In this document: positions 56,462 through 64,000 of the stretch, piece by piece
Position numbering within the stretch: the stretch's first letter is position 1
Layout of the letters: every line of letters begins with the position of its first letter
NCBI RefSeq assembly: GCF_000181795.1
Contig: NW_003526941.1
Span: 9,972,493-10,036,492, forward strand
Length of the DNA stretch: 64,000 nt
Direction: 5' to 3'
Source: Trichinella spiralis
Lineage: Eukaryota
Notes under the pieces: generated by a model
The model's database searches: none
The model's input: only the letters and a program-made list of their open reading frames with translations
Told to the model about the DNA's origin: nothing
Position numbers and translations under genes: made by a program

Positions 56462-57226
56462 TCAAAATAAATTCGGCTCAGTCGTATTCAAATTCAAATA
56501 ATCGGAACCATTCACAATTCTATCTGCTGGCAATGGTGTGTTGAATTGAATAAAATCAGGAAAACCGATATCCACATATGGCATGACCATCAAGCGCCTG
56601 TTGGTAACGGTAGTAATTTCAATTCGTGAATGCAAGAAATTTAATTCAGGAATCATTTGCAAAGATTGTCGAAAAGGTGAAGAGGTTATGGCGCATTCGG
56701 ACCGTTCTTTCGTAAAATCATCACAATACCGGATGTTGGCAATTGAACTGTTTCCACGAACTACAGCTTCCAATCTGTTTTGTTGGTGAGTAGCTTGTTT
56801 TGTCGAAGGCTCATCTCCATCGATCACCGAATCTTGTGTTCTGTTGAGGAATTCGTTTTTCTCAGTCTCATCTTCAATATTCAAATGGTCATCAGCATTG
56901 TCAACTTCGATCAAAGCAGGCGAAAAATCATTTTGCGTTGGTTCCAATAACTTAAAAGGGGCTCTACTGCTGACATTTCCAGGGGCACACTTCACTTCCG
57001 AAATATTTGATCCAATCTTCTCACTGCTAAAATTTATCACATTTTCCTTGTTCTCTTTCTCTGCAAGGGATTCTTCAACATGGTTAACGGAATTTGAATA
57101 ATTTTTCAAAGCGTTCGATTTTTTAGCGAAACTTCTAAGTATCATACTGAACGGAGCAATGGGCTTTCTCTTGGATTTCGCTCTGCCAGTTTTTCTAACT
57201 TCTTTCGAATCCTTAGAAGCTGACAT
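56462..57226 (-). CDS. Hypothetical hydrophilic protein (254 aa)
   Basis: 765-nt ATG-initiated ORF in otherwise stop-dense AT-rich DNA, with a TTTTAG acceptor about 20 nt upstream and a basic N-terminus. No family recognised. Confidence 0.7.
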   Translation of the reverse strand: MSASKDSKEVRKTGRAKSKRKPIAPFSMILRSFAKKSNALKNYSNSVNHVEESLAEKENKENVINFSSEKIGSNISEVKCAPGNVSSRAPFKLLEPTQNDFSPALIEVDNADDHLNIEDETEKNEFLNRTQDSVIDGDEPSTKQATHQQNRLEAVVRGNSSIANIRYCDDFTKERSECAITSSPFRQSLQMIPELNFLHSRIEITTVTNRRLMVMPYVDIGFPDFIQFNTPLPADRIVNGSDYLNLNTTEPNLF

Positions 57227-59307
57227 CGTTTCAAATTAATTCGACCTAAAATACAAAAATAATAATGCCAAACTTACTCGTTAAAGACACACCCGTAAAA
57301 ATAAAAAAAGGAAAAACAACTAAATTATTCAAGTCAGATAATATAAATATCCATTAAATAACAACTTTAAGAATAAAAAACATATCAAAATTATTTCATT
57401 CAAATTAAAACTTAAAAAATAACTGCTAAAAAATCATGTACTTGTCTCATTTAAACCGAAAAACTAAATGAAATTATTAGCTGAAATCAAGGAACGAGTA
57501 GAAACGAAATTGTTAGCTCAATCTGAACTTTATGCCTATGTTCAAAAAATTAAACTTACTTCAGACCACCACCGTTACAACGTTACTTTAATTTACTGTA
57601 ATATGCAGGTAAAAAAACGCAGGCTCATTTTAAAAATAAATAATTTGACTAAAATGTTAAGATGATACATGATTAAGCTGAATAGTTCAGAAGTTTGATT
57701 TTCATAAATGTATACACGAAAGTGTTTCTTAAAAACATAAAAACAAATAATATGAAAAGTATATAAAATACAAAAATCACAAATATAAATAATATTTTTA
57801 TTTTTATTACCATTATCCATTATCTAGTAGTAGTAGAAGAAGTAGTCGTCTGCTGATGGATGTGAACAACTTCTCTCTCCTGCACAGCTTTTTCAACATA
57901 TCATATTCCACGAGTAAAAATATAAAAATAGTAAAATCTACTGCCATGGCATTGATTAGCCTAAAACAAATGAATTTTATTTTAAAATACAATACTTTCA
58001 ACAAATACAATTGAAGATAGAGCAAAATTTGAACATTTGTCGGATCAATGTGTTAAGAAAACACAGCCTAATAATTTACTCGTCATTTAATTTCTATTCG
58101 ACAAAAGCATAAATAGATGTTAATTAAAAATAAAAAATAAAAATATAATCAGTATGTAGCCAGATTAAAAAATTTGATTTAAAAAAAGTGAAATTTTTTC
58201 AAAAAACAATTTGAAATTCGTGGCTTTACTGTTCCTTTTCTTTTGTAGAATGTTTCTATTCGGACAATTTTATGATGTTGAATGTTATTGTTATTGATTA
58301 AATTGCATGTGAATGTTTGTTTTATTTCTATTCTAAATAAAAGATATTTTATCCAACCGGCTTAAATGTACATTAATGATGAATAAAACGCAATCAGATG
58401 TAATATTTAAAAAATGTGCATTGAATTGAGGTTAGAAAAATATAAAATAGACAAAATATTCAGTCATGATATTTCAATAAATAACAAATGTAGCTTATAA
58501 TGTTGAAATTTACTCGAAATGTTTCCTTTAAAAATAAAAGTAACCTGTTTCATAGGAGTAGTGGAAAAAAGTTGTCGTAAAAACTAAAATCTGCCCATAT
58601 TCATTCGATCATCCTCTATGTTGAATAAAACGTGTGAATTACAAACAAAAAATAATAAATCAGTAATTTCAAATAGTTCAAGAATGAAAAAAAAGTTAAC
58701 CAAGATATTTTAAAATCAAGTTTTAAATTTATAGTAAAAAACAAAATGAAAAAAACCGTACAGAAAAAATAATAAAGAAACATTATCAACACAAATGTTG
58801 GTTGTTGTTATTTTGGAAAAAAAATTATTTCAAATTTGAGTTTCGTACTTTACCCGTTGAATTAATTGGATCAAATTATTCAATTATCAACTATTGAACA
58901 AGTTTGTTTTGAAAAACAGAAAAAAAAACAAATTTTCACAGATAACACAGTAATTATGAGATAATCAAGATTGTTATAAGATTGAGATAATGAAAAGAAT
59001 AACGAACAGTATAATAAATAGTAAGATAAAATTGATAAAATGAATTGAATTATTAAAAATTTATTTAATTCTTTTAATTTGAAAAACGAAATGATTTCTG
59101 TGTTAACATTTGCCAATTATTATAAGAATGTGAGCGAGTGAGAGTAATGAAGAAAATTGATTTCTGCCCATTAAGATGAAATTTTCATATATGAATAAAG
59201 AAAGAAATTAATAAATTATTTTGTCTTGTCAATTAAAATTCAACTTTAATATATTAAAGTAAAGGAAAAGTTGAAAAATGAAAAGTGAAAGCAAGAAAAA
59301 CAAGAAG

Positions 59308-59323
59308 GTGTGTGTGTGTGTGT
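59308..59323. repeat. (GT)8 microsatellite
   Basis: Direct reading. Confidence 0.8.
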
Positions 59324-60076
59324 TGGGGATGACATTTCATAATTTGGTTAATTGCCGTGTTGTTGTCGATATGACCAGTTTGTTGGAATAAGTCCAATGA
59401 AATGATTGGTGTTTTGAAGAAGCAGAAAAAAAGTAGCGAAAAGGGTCAATAAATGAATGTCAAGTTGAAAAGTGAAGCGTTCAAAGAAAGGATTTCCATT
59501 GTATTTGTTTGTTTTTGTGGTGAAGAGATGACGATTGGATAAAAAAAATATTCAGCGTGTGAAATTCGGTTAAGGATGCAATTGACATGCAGTTTTCTTT
59601 TACAATCGTTTCAAATTTATTCCATTGTAACTTTTTCCACGAACAAATGAAGTTTGTGTTACGGTTGATTAAAGTTTAATTTTTGCACAACTTTCGTTCA
59701 AAGACCAGCTAAAGCAGTCCATCACTAGTCAGACCAGATTTATTATAATGGATAGTTTGTTCAATTTTCTTTTTCTTTATTTTTTATATTATTTTTTTAT
59801 GTGAAACTATAAATTATCGGTGATTATAGAGTTACAGTAAGGGTGAATAAGAAACGAGATGGGCAATGATGCGTTCGATAGTTTTCTGGTCCAGTTGAAC
59901 AAACGACAGATATTTTGCCCGAAGGGTACAATCGAGTGGGCAAGCAGTAGTAATGAGATGGGTCGCAGAACCCGATGGGCGAACTTGTTTTTCAGAATAA
60001 AAATTTAAATTCAATTCAATTCACTTTTGTGAACAGTTTGTCTGTCGAATTTGTTCAATTTTGGTCAGTCGAAAAG

Positions 60077-61451
60077 ATGCTATCCATGTTGTTTGGTGGT
60101 GCATCATCGTTTTTATCGTTGTTAGCATTGACAACGATTTTACACGGTCAAGCCGATTCGGCCGACTGTGGTGCAGAAATCAACGCTTATGTCCAATGCT
60201 TGAGTGACGGGATTACGGCAAAATTGAACAACAAGCAATCGTCATCGAATGGAAAATTTTTCGAAAATGGCATCGTCGCCTGCTTTACCAAGTAAATACA
60301 AACATCGATTGCAGCAAATGGACTAAAAAATATTGTGGAAATTTTTAAAATTTAGAAACGGCTGTCAAAGACCGAGAAATATTGCTGAAGCGGATGCAAA
60401 CAATCAGAAGAATAAAGAAAGTAATGGCGATGACGATTTCGACGATTTGGAAGATGTGACATTGACGCAATTTATTTTGAATCCGAAAATTTTTCCCACG
60501 GCTGCCAAGCGGGAAGTGAGTGAACAAAGTGACGACTGCTTGAGTAACAGAATTAAAGAACAAGAAAAAATTGTCAACGCTTGCATAGTCAAATCTATGC
60601 CTGGTGTAAAATTGCCATTCAACGAAAATCTACTCACTCCCGATCAATTTGTAGACGCTGTCACCGCTGATGCAGAAGAGTAAGTTTTATTTATTATTTA
60701 TTAAAAATAAATCCATCTATCCACCTTTCAACAATCCAATGAATCGACATTTTTAGAGATTCTTTTCATATAATCAGTTGATGTTCTAAATTCTTAGCAG
60801 TGAAATTAAATAGAACATGACAACAATTCAAAGTAATACTTTGTTTGCAGAGATAAAGTATTTTCTGGTCATAGATAAGAAGTGAAATTTCCATTTTTCA
60901 TCATACAGGTTTGTTTCATTTTAAAAGTTTCAATGGAAAATATTTTTCAGAACATTCTATGAAATGGAAGAATTGGCAAATCATTATATCAAATTTGTAC
61001 GAGATGGAAAAACATGTCCCATTGGAAAGGCGATCAGTGTTCAAAAATGTTTGATGGATCATTTTTCAAAAAGACCCATCAATCCATTCCAATATGCAGT
61101 GGATACGGAAGTTGCGTACAACACTTGGTGCAACATGGACAAAGGATGCCAGAATTCGTAATTGAATATTCTTTTTCTCACCATTTTTTTCTTGTATTTT
61201 TTGTTCTTCCATTTTTAAGCATGAGTCCAACGTGTAACAAAAAATTGAAAGAATGGGCAAGAACCACTTGTACGTGTTCAGAACAAGCGAAACCTCAAAT
61301 AGCCGACATGCTCTACAAGCAGTTCAAAATTTGCTATGGAGCCGAGCCTGACAAGGACCAGTTGAAAAAATTGCTCGCACGCAAAGTGAAATCCGAATGC
61401 GAAAGGCAAAAAGAATTATGGAACTTCTGCAGTGGAAGAATGCTAAACTAA
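60077..61451 (+). CDS. Predicted secreted cysteine-rich protein (about 325 aa, 4 exons)
   Basis: Exons 60077-60291, 60356-60679, 60951-61157, 61220-61451 splice GT-AG in frame (all phase 2). Signal-peptide-like N-terminus, 16 Cys, no TM segment. Confidence 0.8.
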
Positions 61452-61680
61452 ATACAAACATCTAGATATTAGAAAATATTCAACTTTTATCGTCCTCCAT
61501 AAATCATTTGAACTTACTTTACCATTATCATTATTTTTCTTTTTAAATAATATATCTATCTATCTGTGGTGTATTTTGACAAAATAAAATAATTGAAAAT
61601 TAATATCAGCACAACATTTAATCATAAATGTTGACAAAATCAACAAACAATTAATTCATTAATTAACAAAATCAACACAT

Positions 61681-61965
61681 CTATTTATTTCTTAATGGTA
61701 CATTTCCAGTGGCTTCTGCTTGAATTAATTGGTACTCGTGAAATCTCTGCGAGATCCGTTGTAATACTTTCAGATACTTTTCTAAACAATTCGAAACGCA
61801 ATTTTCTTCACGAACCGTCACCGATCTCGTCGTAAAATCGTGCACACAATCAACAAAACATTGCTCTGAAATACGGCTGTATTGACGTAAAAAATCTTTC
61901 AACGTTTCCAAATCGGTGTCCGCATCGGCACCACTGGATGAATCATTTTTCCCTTCTGACGACAT
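61681..61965 (-). CDS. TIMM9: Mitochondrial intermembrane-space chaperone Tim9 (94 aa)
   Basis: Twin CX3C (CFVDC, CVSNC), DFL..Y.RISE.CF, EKYLK, QRISQRF.EYQ. Confidence 0.93.
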   Translation of the reverse strand: MSSEGKNDSSSGADADTDLETLKDFLRQYSRISEQCFVDCVHDFTTRSVTVREENCVSNCLEKYLKVLQRISQRFHEYQLIQAEATGNVPLRNK

Positions 61966-62222
61966 CTTGCAAAAACAGATGAAAAAGCAATTCAATATTC
62001 ACATTCACTTTCGTAATAATCAAGAAAAAAAATAAGAGGTGACAAACTTGTTCAATAAATCACAGAAAACACAAAATATATTTCAATCTTTTATTTTCAT
62101 TGTGCAATATATTGAAAGCGTCATTCGATGTGAAATACATTCGAAAAAAAAGAACTAATCACCGACGGTCAACACTGCTATTGACGCTTTTAAAAAGCAA
62201 GCAATTATCATTGAAATTAAAA

Positions 62223-63960
62223 TTATTTCAAATTTTGAAGAATTAATTTCGCTTTTTCCAATGTTGAATCTTCCTAAAATAAATAAATTCTGAATATTTT
62301 ATATTCAAACGATATTCAACAAAATATACAAAATTGTACAACCATATTACAGTACACCACAATTATTCAAGTTTAAAATGGGTATTTTTGAAATAAATTA
62401 CAAAAAAAACTACAATATAACATTCTTCATTATAAATCTTTATATTCTTTGTAGTAGTAAAATTCTTTTAATGAAATTAAAACTTATTTAAATATTTGAA
62501 TATACATTTGAAATCAAGACAACGTATTTATATATATACAAATTATAAAATTCAACTTACCTTGAAAAAACAAAATCTAACGTAATTTTCTCCAAAATGT
62601 TTATTCTCATCAGAATAAAAAGCAGTCATAGGTATAACACCAAGCTTCTAAAAAAACAAAAACAAAATTAAATTAAATTAAATTGTATAATAATAATAAT
62701 TTTCAAACTTTTTCACTGCAAAGCCATCGAGTGAACTGATAATCAAGAGGTTCGTTATCATTCTGAGGAAATAAATCACCTAAAACAGTACAAAAAATTA
62801 TAAATCAAGCTATCAACAGATTAAACTATACAATCTTAGTTGACATTTAAAACAATCAAAATCGAAATACCAAAAGCCTAATAAGTAACTGATTAAAATT
62901 CAGATTACACTTCTAACTAGTTGATCAAAACAAAATGCTACATAAGTATCTGTTAAATAAAATAATACATATTTAAAGAGAGAGAGAGACTTGAGAAACA
63001 GATAAAAAATCTTACTTAATGCACTAAAATTGGCAACCATGAAATAACCGCCTTCGGGTAGGACAGGCATAAATCCATGTTCAGATAACATTTCTTGAAG
63101 TACACGACGCTTCGACTGTAAAATACGACGCATTTCATGAAAGTAACATTCTCTTGTTTGAAAACGGTCAATTTCATATTGAAACGAATCAGCCATCGCA
63201 CACTACAATAATTCGATTTAATTTATCCGATTTAAATAATTATCATCATACTTGAATAGGTGTGGCACATGTATAAACACAATTTTGATGAACTGATCGA
63301 AGATGAACCATCAAATTTTCAGGACAAATTGCCCAACCCATCTGCAAAGAGAAACAATGTTAAACAAGTTCTTTCACCGTGAAACAATAATACTTTCCAG
63401 CCAGTGAGGCTAAATGTTTTACCAGCACTTCCAATTGTTATAGTACGCTCCCACATGTCCGGGAGAGATGCTTCAAATTAATACTCATCAATATATAAAT
63501 CAAGCAACATTTGCACATGTTTACCGAATCGAATCATTTCTGATCCTTCATAAACAAGCCATTCATAAACTTCATCAGCAACAACTATTAAATTGTGCTT
63601 TTTAACAAAAGCAGCAATCTGCATTAATTCATCTCGATTATAAACCTAAAAATAACCCACTTTCATTCATTAAAATAAACTTCAAAAGCCAATTACCTTT
63701 CCTATTGGATTCAACGGATTGTTTAAATATAACAATTTCGTTCGAGGGGTAACTTTATTTTCAAGTTCTGAAAAATCCAATTTGAAATCACCACTTGAAC
63801 CTGCTGCCACTTTTTTCTTCTCCTAATATCACATATATGTACTTCTTCTTCACGTATAAATCGGGCTATTTACCAATTTTAAAGATGTAAATATTGGCTT
63901 CCCACCTGCCATTCGTACTTGTGGTTCGTAACAATCATAATACGGTTCAATAATTATTGC
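62223..63960 (-). CDS. Kynurenine aminotransferase / glutamine transaminase K family (class I PLP), 3' part; the 5' end lies beyond the window
   Basis: IIEPYYDCYEPQVRMAGG, LNNPLNPIGK, ADEVYEWL, LPDMWERTITIGSAGKTFSLTGWKMGW (PLP lysine), PEGGYF, RFCFFK|EDSTL. Stop at 62225-62223. Confidence 0.93.
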
Positions 63961-64000
63961 CTAAATATTTGAATAATACAATTATATCCACTTCAAATTA

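Overview
AT-rich eukaryotic DNA with short spliceosomal introns (mostly 45-90 nt, TTTCAG/TTTTAG-type acceptors). A major-sperm-protein gene marks it as nematode. Vertebrate-like gene structures suggest a clade I nematode such as Trichinella (inference). Most ORF-track entries are exon fragments or antisense shadows, so genes were rebuilt by hand from splice sites and protein motifs. In order: NEDD8 (+); B12-dependent methionine synthase (-); a 7.9-kb gene-free stretch; PTEN/daf-18 (+); hyccin/FAM126 (-); glycine-cleavage T protein (-); DENND4/CRAG (+); divergent MSP (-); cornichon (-); PARP1 (+); striatin (+, cut by a 10-N gap); four genes with intron-free coding regions on the minus strand (4-TM orphan, 6PGD, ZIP zinc transporter, 254-aa orphan); a secreted 16-Cys orphan (+); Tim9 (-); and the 3' part of a kynurenine aminotransferase (-). 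No rRNA, tRNA, CRISPR array or transposase is supportable, and I cannot claim a wholly new system. The best leads are a ~190-nt nested hairpin between the PTEN and hyccin 3' ends, two likely operons, human-identical intron positions in PTEN and cornichon, a candidate PTEN poison exon and extra Cys cluster, three GC-AG introns, a degenerate second zinc finger in PARP1, an intronless motif-altered 6PGD, and the orphan proteins.
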